NCBI GenBank assembly: GCA_965248355.1
Contig: OZ252098.1
Location: 1,504,001-1,568,000, forward strand
Reading direction: 5' to 3'
Length of the DNA: 64,000 nt
Source: Candidatus Latescibacterota bacterium
GTDB lineage: Bacteria > Latescibacterota > UBA2968 > UBA8231
The position numbers were made by a program, and so were the translations under genes. Within the stretch, counting starts at the first letter, position 1; every line of letters begins with the position of its first letter. The notes below the pieces were generated by a model that ran no database searches, was not told the origin of the DNA, and was given only the letters and a program-made list of their open reading frames with translations. This document shows, piece by piece, positions 9,817 through 17,642 of this stretch.

Positions 9817-10670
9817 TCAGGCCCAGAATGGCACGTATTTCATGAATCTCGGTCCGGCGTCCTCGTCAAAGGGTTTGATCATGCCCGCGTCCACGGCCTC
9901 ACGAATGCGGCGAGAAGCGACCGCCTTGTTGTTCTCCTTGATGCCGAACCTCTCTCGAAGTGAGGCGTTGGTCAGAAAGTCCCGCATCACGTACCTCAGG
10001 CAGGCGTGCAGGTAACAGGCCCGCAGCCGCTCGGCTCCATCCATGTCGGCCAGATCCTTGTAGGCAAACAGGACAACGCGGGTAAACCCCGGCGGAACCT
10101 CGAAGAGCGGGGCCGGCAGTGGAGCAACTCAACTTCCAGGACAACCTTGTCGATCCCGCTGCCTCGTTCCTCACAGATGCGAGCTCGGCGCATCAGGGAA
10201 GCCAGCGCCTCGTTCCGAGACCTGGGCGGCGTGTCCAGGAAGCGTTGGGTATCCACGAGCGGCTCACCGGGGTTGGTGATGTCGATGCGGTCGTCGAAGA
10301 TCTCCACCGTCGGTCCCGCGCCGGTGACGGAGAAATCCTGGTGGATGAGCGCGTTGGCCACGAGCTCGCGGATGGCGAGTTCGGGAAACATCGGCACCGT
10401 CCTGCGCAAGGCCTTCCCAATCATCTCGTCCGGTCGGAAGTATCCCGTCCATGTATGCGATCAAGCCCTCGAAACCGCAGGCGTATCCTTTGCCACCTTC
10501 CTGTTCCCTGATGGTCTCCGTCCGCCCCTTGCCGCGGTACTGGATGACCCGTACTGCCTTGCGCTTCAGGTGCGGATAGTCAGCGAGGTTCCTGGCGAAG
10601 AGGATGGCGCCCAGGTTCGTGATGTCGAAGCCTCCGGCTCTGCTCGAGGAGATGAGCAGGTCGCTCTGCG
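9817..10670 (-). pseudogene. 5'-truncated, multiply frameshifted ATP-binding protein (AlbA_2/HATPase_c_4, RecG-C-like HTH regulator)
   Basis: Fragments in different frames: ITNLGAILFA...KAVRVIQY / EGGKGYACGFEGLI / MFPELAIRELVANALIHQDF...ITNPG...RNEALASLMRRARICEERGSGIDK / RACYLHACL...TNASLRERFGI...KYVPFWA. GC visibly lower than flanks; left/right limits approximate. Confidence 0.8.
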
Positions 10671-10723
10671 CCCTGGATGAATTCGAGATGCTTGAGCCTG
10701 GCTTTCATCCAACGGCCTGATGT

Positions 10724-10800
10724 TGGTGGGCGATCCCCGGCTCGAACGGGGGACCTCCTGCTTGTAAGGCAGGCGCTCTGACCAACTGAGCTAATCGCCC
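10724..10800 (-). tRNA. tRNA-Val (anticodon UAC)
   Basis: Reverse complement GGGCGATTAGCTCAGTTGGTCAGAGCG-CCTGC-CT-TAC-AA-GCAGG-AGGTCCCCCGTTCGAGCCGGGGATCGCCCACCA; cloverleaf with encoded CCA. Confidence 0.97.
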
Positions 10801-10843
10801 TCGCGGCGAATGTAACCCCGGCTCCGCACCTCGACCAGATGGC

Positions 10844-11695
10844 TCAGGCGGCCAGCTCGAAGATCGGCCGGCCGGCGGCCGCCTCGCGCCTCAGCCGGTC
10901 CACCTCCTCGTCCGTGACCGGCGTGAAGCTCTCGGCGATCTCCAGGGCCATGCGGAACAGGGCCGGCTCCCCGGGCGGGATCGCCGCCGTGACCGGCTGC
11001 GACAGGGTGAAGCGCAGGGCGAGGTCCGCCAGCTCCCGGTCCTCCAGCGGCTCGTACCAGCACTTGGACCACTTGCGGCCGCCGCCCGGAGTCAGCTTGC
11101 CGCGGGCCAGCGCCTTCAGCGCCAGACGCGCCGTCCCCCGGGCCTCGGCCGCGGCCACCACCGCGGGGCCGAAGTCGGCGCCGAGCCAGGTGCACCAGTT
11201 CACGGGGAAGAGCACCGAGTCGAAGTCCACCGCCTCGATGAGCCGCAGGGCCGTCTCCGAGGAGTGGGACGAGAACCCGAGGTAGCGCGTCATCCCCCGC
11301 TCCCTGGCCTCGCGGAACAGCTCCAGGGCCCCGCCCGGGCCCGTGACCTGGTCGAAGTCCTCCTCGGTGTTGACGGCGTGCAACTGGTAGAGGTCGACGT
11401 GGTCGGTGCGCAGCAGGCGCAGGGACTCCTCCAGCTCGCGGCGCGCCCCCGCCGCCGTGCGCTCGGTGGTCTTGCAGGCCAGGAAGACCTCCTTGCGGTA
11501 GGGCTCCAGGGCCGGGCCCAGCATCTCCTGGGCGTTGCCGTACGTGGGCGCCACGTCGAAGTAGTCGACGCCGCGATCCACGGCCTCGGCCACCAGGCCG
11601 CTCGCCTCGTCCGCATCGACCCCGCTCACCAGGATGCCGCCGAAGCCGACGATGGACAGCCTCTCCCCGGTGCTGCCGTACTCGCGCTTCTCCAT
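10844..11695 (-). CDS. Aldo/keto reductase
   Basis: LSIVGFGG, YFDVAPTYG, LACKT, DLYQLHAV, GFSSH. Confidence 0.92.
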   Translation of the reverse strand: MEKREYGSTGERLSIVGFGGILVSGVDADEASGLVAEAVDRGVDYFDVAPTYGNAQEMLGPALEPYRKEVFLACKTTERTAAGARRELEESLRLLRTDHVDLYQLHAVNTEEDFDQVTGPGGALELFREARERGMTRYLGFSSHSSETALRLIEAVDFDSVLFPVNWCTWLGADFGPAVVAAAEARGTARLALKALARGKLTPGGGRKWSKCWYEPLEDRELADLALRFTLSQPVTAAIPPGEPALFRMALEIAESFTPVTDEEVDRLRREAAAGRPIFELAA

Positions 11696-11708
11696 CTCTC
11701 GCCCCTCC

Positions 11709-12557
11709 TCAGCCCGCCGCTCGCGTCTCGGGCAGCCAGAACAGCTTGCCCTTGTCCCCGGCCGCCACCTGTCCCGCGACGTCGAAGAGCCGGCTCTCCT
11801 CGGCCGGGGTCAGCGGCGTGAAGGCCTCGGCCAGGGCCACGTTCTCCTCCACCTGCTCCACCGTGTCCATGCCGACGACGGCCACGTCGAGGTCGAGGCC
11901 CATGGAGTAACGCAGGAACAGCCCCCGGTCCTCCTCGGGCACCTGGCCGTAGGCCAGCACCTTCATGGCCATGATCCCCATGCCTCGGGAGCGGGCGGCA
12001 GGGATGGTGGTGGAGGAGAAGTCGTTCCAGACGCGGTTGGCGGCGCCCAGGGGGTTGAGGACGGTGTCGAAGTCGTACTCCCCGATCATGCGAACGAAGT
12101 GGGCCGGATGGGTGTGGCCGGTGAGACCGACGAAGCGGATCCGGCCCTGCCGCCGGTACTCCTCGATGACGCGCAGGGCGCCGTCGGGCCGCAGCACCTC
12201 CTCCAGGCCTCCGGCCTCGTCGATGGCGTGGAGCTGCATGAGGTCGATCTGCTCCACCCCGAGGTGCTCGAAGCTGGCGGCGATCTCCTGCCGCACCGCG
12301 GCCCCGGAGCGCTCCAGGCACTTGGTGGCCACGAACAGGCCGTCGCGGTCCCGGTCCTGCAGGGCCAGCCCGAGGCGGCGCTCACTCTCCTTGTACTTCG
12401 AGGCCGTGTCGAGGTAGGTGATGCCGAGGTCGATGGCGCGGTGGACGACGGCCACGGCGGCGGCGTCCTCGTCGGCGAGGTTCCAGCAGACGCCGCCCAG
12501 GCCGAGGGCGGTGACGGTCTGGCCGGTGCGGCCGAGGGTGCGGGTGGGAAGGGGCAC
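11709..12557 (-). CDS. Aldo/keto reductase (tandem paralogue)
   Basis: RTLGRTG..VTALGLGG, YLDTASKY, VATK, DLMQLHAI, GLTGH, AMKVL; GTG start after AGGAG. Confidence 0.9.
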   Translation of the reverse strand: MPLPTRTLGRTGQTVTALGLGGVCWNLADEDAAAVAVVHRAIDLGITYLDTASKYKESERRLGLALQDRDRDGLFVATKCLERSGAAVRQEIAASFEHLGVEQIDLMQLHAIDEAGGLEEVLRPDGALRVIEEYRRQGRIRFVGLTGHTHPAHFVRMIGEYDFDTVLNPLGAANRVWNDFSSTTIPAARSRGMGIMAMKVLAYGQVPEEDRGLFLRYSMGLDLDVAVVGMDTVEQVEENVALAEAFTPLTPAEESRLFDVAGQVAAGDKGKLFWLPETRAAG

Positions 12558-12630
12558 TTGTGCTCTCCTGTGGCGTGTGGGTGCGGCGCAAAGATAGCGC
12601 CGGCGAGCCAGTGACGCCCTGTGAGGAAGA

Positions 12631-12660
12631 TTGACGGATCCGGCCGGCGGCCCGTACATT
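12631..12660 (+). promoter_or_regulatory. Sigma70-type promoter of the tyrS leader
   Basis: TTGACG-N18-TACATT; the leader ATG lies 7 nt after the -10 box. Confidence 0.6.
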
Positions 12661-12667
12661 GGCCGCC

Positions 12668-12751
12668 ATGGAATCGCCTGCACCAACGACCGTCACCGAC
12701 CGCCGATACCGCCGGTCCGGGGCCATCCGCACCGGGGGAACCGAGCGTTAG
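12668..12751 (+). CDS. Putative tyrS leader peptide (27 aa, MESPAPTTVTDRRYRRSGAIRTGGTER)
   Basis: Short ORF between promoter and terminator, with a single Tyr codon at 12707 just before the antiterminator strand. Confidence 0.55.
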   Translation: MESPAPTTVTDRRYRRSGAIRTGGTER

Positions 12752-12775
12752 AAGCTGCGGTCCGTTCGACACACC

Positions 12776-12812
12776 ACCCCCGGTGACGGAAGCCCCGTCA
12801 TCGGGGGTTTTT
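12776..12812 (+). terminator. Intrinsic terminator (attenuator) upstream of tyrS
   Basis: Stem CCCCCGGTGACGG / CCGTCATCGGGGG followed by TTTTT, 21 nt before the tyrS ATG. Confidence 0.8.
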
Positions 12813-12833
12813 CTATGCGAGAAGGCAAGTGAG

Positions 12834-14084
12834 ATGAACGTCCTCGAAGATCTCAGGTACCGCGGCCTGCTGCACCAGGTCACCGACCTCGACGGCCTGA
12901 CGGAGCGGCTGGAGCAGGGGCCGATCACGCTCTACAACGGCTTCGACCCTACCGCCGACAGTCTCACCATCGGCAACCTCGTGCCGCTGCTGATGCTGCG
13001 CCGCTTCCAGCTGGCCGGGCATCACCCGATCTGCCTGGTGGGCGGCGGCACCGGCCTCATCGGCGATCCCGGCGGCAAGGAGCGGGAGCGGGCCCTCAAC
13101 CCGGCGGAGGTGGTGGAGACCTTCACCGAGAGGATCCGCGCCCAGGTGGAGCCCTTCCTCGACTTCGAGGTGAAGACCAATCCCGCCCGCCTGGTGAACA
13201 ACCTCGACTGGCTCTCCGGGGTCACCGCCATCGAGCTGATGCGCGACGTGGGCAAGCACTTCCCCGTGCCCTACATGCTCGCCAAGGAGTCGGTGGCCTC
13301 GCGCCTGAAGACCGGCATCTCGTACACCGAGTTCAGCTACATGGTGCTGCAGGCCTACGACTTCCTGGAACTGCATCGGCGCCTCGGCTGCCAGCTGCAG
13401 ACCGGCGGCAGCGACCAGTGGGGCAACATCACCGCCGGCTCCGACCTGATCCGCCGCGCCGACGGCGCCAAGGCTTTCGGCCTAACCTGCCCCCTCGTGA
13501 CCAGCGCCGGCGGCGCCAAGTTCGGCAAGACCGAGGCCGGCGCCCTGTGGCTCTCCGCGGAGCGGACGTCGCCCTACGAGTTCTACCAGTACTGGATCAA
13601 CACCGACGACCGCACCGTGGGCAGCTACCTGAGGATCTTCACCTTCCTCGACCCCGACGAGATCCGCCAGCTCGAGGAGTCGGTGGCCGCCGACCCCGGC
13701 GCCCGGGAGGCCCAGCGCACCCTCGCCCAGGAGGCCACGGCCGTCGTCCACGGCCCCAAAGCCGCAAGCCAGGCCGAGCGCATCTCGCGGGCCCTGTTCC
13801 AGGGGAAAGTGCGGGAACTGCGGGAAGAGGACCTGGAGCTGGCCTTCGACGGCGTGCCCTCCCACGACATGGAGGGCGAGGAGCAGGGCCTCGTGGAGCT
13901 GCTCGTCGACGCCGGCGTCTCCTCCTCCCGGCGGCAGGCCCGCCAGGACATCGGCGCCGGCGCCATCTACCTCAACGGCGAGCGCTGCACCGAGGAGTCC
14001 CGCCGCGTGGGCCGGGACGACCGCCTGCACGGCCGCTGCGTGGTGATCCGCCGGGGGAAGAGCCGGTACTACCTGGTGCGGTAG
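12834..14084 (+). CDS. tyrS: Tyrosine--tRNA ligase
   Basis: YNGFDPTADSL, GGGTGLIGDP, EFSYMVLQAYDF, QTGGSDQWGNI, KFGKT, C-terminal S4-like domain (IRRGK). Confidence 0.97.
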   Translation: MNVLEDLRYRGLLHQVTDLDGLTERLEQGPITLYNGFDPTADSLTIGNLVPLLMLRRFQLAGHHPICLVGGGTGLIGDPGGKERERALNPAEVVETFTERIRAQVEPFLDFEVKTNPARLVNNLDWLSGVTAIELMRDVGKHFPVPYMLAKESVASRLKTGISYTEFSYMVLQAYDFLELHRRLGCQLQTGGSDQWGNITAGSDLIRRADGAKAFGLTCPLVTSAGGAKFGKTEAGALWLSAERTSPYEFYQYWINTDDRTVGSYLRIFTFLDPDEIRQLEESVAADPGAREAQRTLAQEATAVVHGPKAASQAERISRALFQGKVRELREEDLELAFDGVPSHDMEGEEQGLVELLVDAGVSSSRRQARQDIGAGAIYLNGERCTEESRRVGRDDRLHGRCVVIRRGKSRYYLVR

Positions 14085-14086
14085 CC

Positions 14087-14116
14087 GGGACGGGACGGCG
14101 CCGGATGGCCCGTCCC
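14087..14116. terminator. Hairpin between convergent genes
   Basis: GGGACGGG...CCCGTCCC inverted repeat between the tyrS and NHL-gene stops; no U-tract. Confidence 0.4.
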
Positions 14117-14140
14117 TCAGTGCAGCAGGGTCAGCTTGTG
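14112..14140. repeat. 29-bp direct repeat, copy 1
   Basis: GTCCCTCAGTGCAGCAGGGTCAGCTTGTG; 27/29 identical to 15675-15703. Confidence 0.85.
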
Positions 14141-15667
14141 GCTCTCAGCCGTCCCATCGACCGAGACCACCAGGAAATACGTGCCCGAGGCCTGGAGCCG
14201 CCCGGCTTGGTCGAGCCCGTCCCAGACGAATTGGTAGGAGCCCACCGGGCGTTCCGCCTCCGCGGCCAGCACCCGCACCCGCTGCCCCAACTCGTCGTAG
14301 ATCCGCACCGATACGGAGGCCGAGTGGTCCAACTCGAAGGCGACGGTGACGGCGGCGTTGAAGGGATTCGGCCACAGGCGCACGGAGGGTAGTGCTTCTT
14401 CGGCGCCATTCGCCGGCACCTCCTCCTCGACCGCCTCCACCGCCGTGGCCACCATCCACTCGCGGACGCGGCAGATGCGGCGCAGCTGGGAGAACTCCTC
14501 TCCCCCCCAATAGAGGCCCCGAAAGCTGTTCAGCATCGAGACGAGGAGGTCACCTTCGGATGTCAGCAGCAGACGAAAGGGCCACCAGACCGGGGCCTCC
14601 AGCGCCGGACCGCCGTTTCCGATATTGTCCTGGCAGCGATGCTCCGACAGTCGCTTGCCAGCGACCGCCCGTTTCTCCACGGCAGCGCAGCCCCGTGCAA
14701 CGTAGTCCAGTCCGTTGCCGGCGACGGTCTCGATAACGCCGTCCGGCCAGACGCGATGAATGCGGTGAAAGCTCTGATCGAGAACGTACAGCACCCCCTG
14801 TTCGTCGATCACAATCTCCCATGGCATGTAGAGAGGAACTTCTGTCGCCAGGCGGCCCTCGCCGACAGAGTAACTCCTGTTGTCCTGCACGGAGGGCGGG
14901 CGGTCTTCGTACACCCGGGAGCCGGCCACGATCTCGATGACGCCGTCGGCAGACCGGCGGAAGACCTGATTTCCCTGCGAGTAATACACCACTCCTCGGT
15001 CATCCACGAGCAGCCCGGTTACCAGATCGGCTTCCACCAGCGTGGTGACCACGCCTTGGCCATCGATCTGCCGGATCCCGCCCGAGCCGGCGACGAGCAG
15101 GCGGCCTTCCCGATCGAACGCCAGCGCAGCCATCACGCCAAACCGGGCCTCCTTGGCCGGGCCGCCGTCGCCGCTGGAGCCATACTCGCCTCCCGCGACA
15201 GTAACCACCTGACCGTCCGGGTCCAGCCTGGCTATGCGGGACAGCTTCCGCCCCCAATCGGGCCACGATCGGTTGACATAATCCACAAAGTAGAGCCGGC
15301 CTTGCCGGTCAAAAGCCAACCCCTCCGGTCCGATGCGGGCATCCAAGGCCGCGACGCTGTCCCGCAAGACATTGGCCGCCCGTTCCTCGCGGGTCTGCGG
15401 CACCCCCACGATGCGCGTGGCCGAGCCGTCGGATTCGAGGCGATAGATGACGGAACCATCGGACACATGGACCTGCCCACCCGGGTCCAAGGCCAAGCCC
15501 AAGGGCAGGTAGCTCCTATACTCGCCGAAGGCGGCCAGGTAGTCTCCGCCGTCGGGGGCGGTCACGGTGCTGATCGTGCCCGGCTCCCCGCACGGCGGCA
15601 GCGCCCCCACCGGGGCCACCAGGGCAAGCCCTGACAAGGCAAGAAGGCCATGGAGACGGGTTGTCAT
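14117..15667 (-). CDS. Secreted NHL-repeat (beta-propeller) protein with FlgD-Ig/T9SS-like C-terminal domain
   Basis: Signal peptide; repeats GLALDPGG, GLAFDRQGRLY, TVAG..GDGGPA; tail WPNPFN...IYDELGQRVR...WDG...ASGTYF...KLTLLH. Confidence 0.88.
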   Translation of the reverse strand: MTTRLHGLLALSGLALVAPVGALPPCGEPGTISTVTAPDGGDYLAAFGEYRSYLPLGLALDPGGQVHVSDGSVIYRLESDGSATRIVGVPQTREERAANVLRDSVAALDARIGPEGLAFDRQGRLYFVDYVNRSWPDWGRKLSRIARLDPDGQVVTVAGGEYGSSGDGGPAKEARFGVMAALAFDREGRLLVAGSGGIRQIDGQGVVTTLVEADLVTGLLVDDRGVVYYSQGNQVFRRSADGVIEIVAGSRVYEDRPPSVQDNRSYSVGEGRLATEVPLYMPWEIVIDEQGVLYVLDQSFHRIHRVWPDGVIETVAGNGLDYVARGCAAVEKRAVAGKRLSEHRCQDNIGNGGPALEAPVWWPFRLLLTSEGDLLVSMLNSFRGLYWGGEEFSQLRRICRVREWMVATAVEAVEEEVPANGAEEALPSVRLWPNPFNAAVTVAFELDHSASVSVRIYDELGQRVRVLAAEAERPVGSYQFVWDGLDQAGRLQASGTYFLVVSVDGTAESHKLTLLH

Positions 15668-15674
15668 CTCTCCT

Positions 15675-15703
15675 GTCCCTCAGTGCAGCAACGTCAGCTT
15701 GTG
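15675..15703. repeat. 29-bp direct repeat, copy 2 (orphan HKLTLLH-stop remnant)
   Basis: GTCCCTCAGTGCAGCAACGTCAGCTTGTG; the minus strand reads HKLTLLH*. Confidence 0.85.
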
Positions 15704-15722
15704 TGCGCGACGGTCGCGGCCA

Positions 15723-17534
15723 TCACTCCCACTCCACCGTGCCCGGCGGCTTGTGGGTCACGTCGTAGTAGACCGCCTCCACCCCTTCCAACTCCAGCAG
15801 CCGCGCGGTGACCTCGCGCAGGAAGTCCGCCGGCAGGCGGCCGAAGCGGGCGGTCATGAAGTCCTCGGTGGTCACCGGCCGCAGCACGATGCTCTCGCTC
15901 ACGCCGTCGGAGGAGAGGGGCACCAGCACCGTGGGCATCTGCGTCAGCCGGGGCATGAGGCCGTGGCGGTCCAGGGCCTCCATGACGATGGCGTCGGCCT
16001 CGCGCAGCAGGTCCAGGCGCTGCTCCGTCAGGTAGGCCTCCCGCGGGCTCTGGCGCAGGCGCCGCCCCGGCCCCAGCTGGAAGAGGACGCGGTTGACGCG
16101 GTCGGTGGAGTTGGTCAGCTCCGTGGAGGCGCGCTCCAGGTCGTCCCAGGAGGGCCCGCCCTCCTCCCCCGGCAGGATCGCGGCTCCGGCGGCGGTGAGC
16201 AGGGCCGGATGGGCATAGGTGCGCCCGTCCCCCTGCACGCCGACGCTGCGCAGGGGCAGCAACTCGGCGTCCAGGTTGGAACCGTCCAGCGTGCCCAGCG
16301 GCTCCGCGGCATCGTGGCCGGCTCCGGGCCCCGCGCACAGGCAGCGGACCGCCAGGCCCGGGCCCGGAAAGGGATGCCGCCAGACGAGGTGGTGGGGCAC
16401 CCCCAACTTCTCGCCCAGCTCCCGCACCTCGTCCTTGTAGAGCTGGCTCAGGGGCTCCACCACCTTGCCCTCGGCCAGCAGACGCTCGATCACGCCGACG
16501 CGGTTGTGGTGGGTCTTGATGACCTCGGCGTGGTCGGTGCCCCCCGACTCGATCGTGTCGGTGTACAGGGTGCCCTGACCCAGCAGCCACTGGTCCGGGT
16601 CGAGGTCCAACTCGGCCAGGACCCGGTCACGGACCTCGATGAACTCCTCGCCGATGGCCAGGCGCTTGGCCTCCGGGTCGGCGACCCCGGCGACGCGGGC
16701 CAGGAAGGCGGCGCTGGCGTCGACCACCTTCAGGTTCGTAAACCCCGACCCCTTGAGCAGGCTCTCCACGGCGGCGGTCTCGCCCTTGCGCATGAAGCCG
16801 TTGTCGATGTGCAGGCCGAGGACGCGGTCGGTGCCGAGGGCGCGGTTGAGGAGCAGGAAGCAGACGGTGGAGTCGACGCCGCCGGAGACGAGGAGGAAGA
16901 GCTTGCGCCCGCGGGCCTGGCGCTTCAGTCCCTCCATGGAGCGGTCGATGAAGCCCTCCATGGTCCAGTCGCGCTCGCAGCCGCACAGGTCGAGGAAGTT
17001 GTCGAGGATGCGCATCCCCGACTCGGTGTGGGTCACCTCGGGGTGGAACTGGAGGCCGTAGATCCGGCGGCTGTCGTCGCCCATGGCGGCCACCGGGCAG
17101 TCCCCGGTGCGGCCGAGGACCTCGAACCCCGGGGGGATCTCCTCAACGAGATCGCGGTGGCTCATCCAGATCGGCTCTCGCGGGTTCAGGCCGGCGAGGA
17201 CGCCGGTGGCCGCGGTCACCTCCAGGGAGGCGGCGCCGTACTCCATGCGCTGGCCGCGCTCGACGCGGCCTCCGAGGGCGTGGCACAGGAGCTGGTGCCC
17301 GTAGCACAGCCCGAGGATCGGCTTGCCGCTGGAGAGCAGCGCCTCCTCGAAGAGCGGACGATCCTCGGCGTAGACGCTGGAGGGCCCGCCGGAGAGGATC
17401 AGGCCGTCGGCCCGGGCCAGCTCTTCGAAAGGAGTGTCGGGGGGGCGGATCTCGGCCCAGACGTGGAGGCGGCGGATCCGGTTGGCGATGAGGTGGGCGT
17501 ACTGGCCGCCGAAGTCGAGGACGACGATTCCCAA
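15723..17534 (-). CDS. guaA: GMP synthase (glutamine-hydrolysing), long form
   Basis: VLDFGGQY, LSGGPSSV, GLCYGHQ, QFHPEV, SGGVDS, IKTHHN, RHPFPGPGLAVR, KPPGTVEWE. Confidence 0.96.
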   Translation of the reverse strand: MGIVVLDFGGQYAHLIANRIRRLHVWAEIRPPDTPFEELARADGLILSGGPSSVYAEDRPLFEEALLSSGKPILGLCYGHQLLCHALGGRVERGQRMEYGAASLEVTAATGVLAGLNPREPIWMSHRDLVEEIPPGFEVLGRTGDCPVAAMGDDSRRIYGLQFHPEVTHTESGMRILDNFLDLCGCERDWTMEGFIDRSMEGLKRQARGRKLFLLVSGGVDSTVCFLLLNRALGTDRVLGLHIDNGFMRKGETAAVESLLKGSGFTNLKVVDASAAFLARVAGVADPEAKRLAIGEEFIEVRDRVLAELDLDPDQWLLGQGTLYTDTIESGGTDHAEVIKTHHNRVGVIERLLAEGKVVEPLSQLYKDEVRELGEKLGVPHHLVWRHPFPGPGLAVRCLCAGPGAGHDAAEPLGTLDGSNLDAELLPLRSVGVQGDGRTYAHPALLTAAGAAILPGEEGGPSWDDLERASTELTNSTDRVNRVLFQLGPGRRLRQSPREAYLTEQRLDLLREADAIVMEALDRHGLMPRLTQMPTVLVPLSSDGVSESIVLRPVTTEDFMTARFGRLPADFLREVTARLLELEGVEAVYYDVTHKPPGTVEWE

Positions 17535-17642
17535 GGAGGCGGGACTCCCTGCGGGGAGGGGTGCGGGGAGAAGGAGTGGAATATAACGGCCGACCCGGGA
17601 GGGACAATCAGCGGGTCGGCCGCGGCCCGGGCATCCGCCTGT

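Noticed and set aside
9600..10723. Intact integrative element or prophage at tRNA-Val
   Set aside because: No integrase, no att duplication and no phage genes were seen.
12661..12812. T-box riboswitch upstream of tyrS
   Set aside because: The closest match is GGGGGAACCG, lacking the UGGN bulge that pairs with tRNA NCCA, and no Stem I AG/GNUG motifs were recognised. The leader-peptide model fits better; an Rfam scan would settle it.
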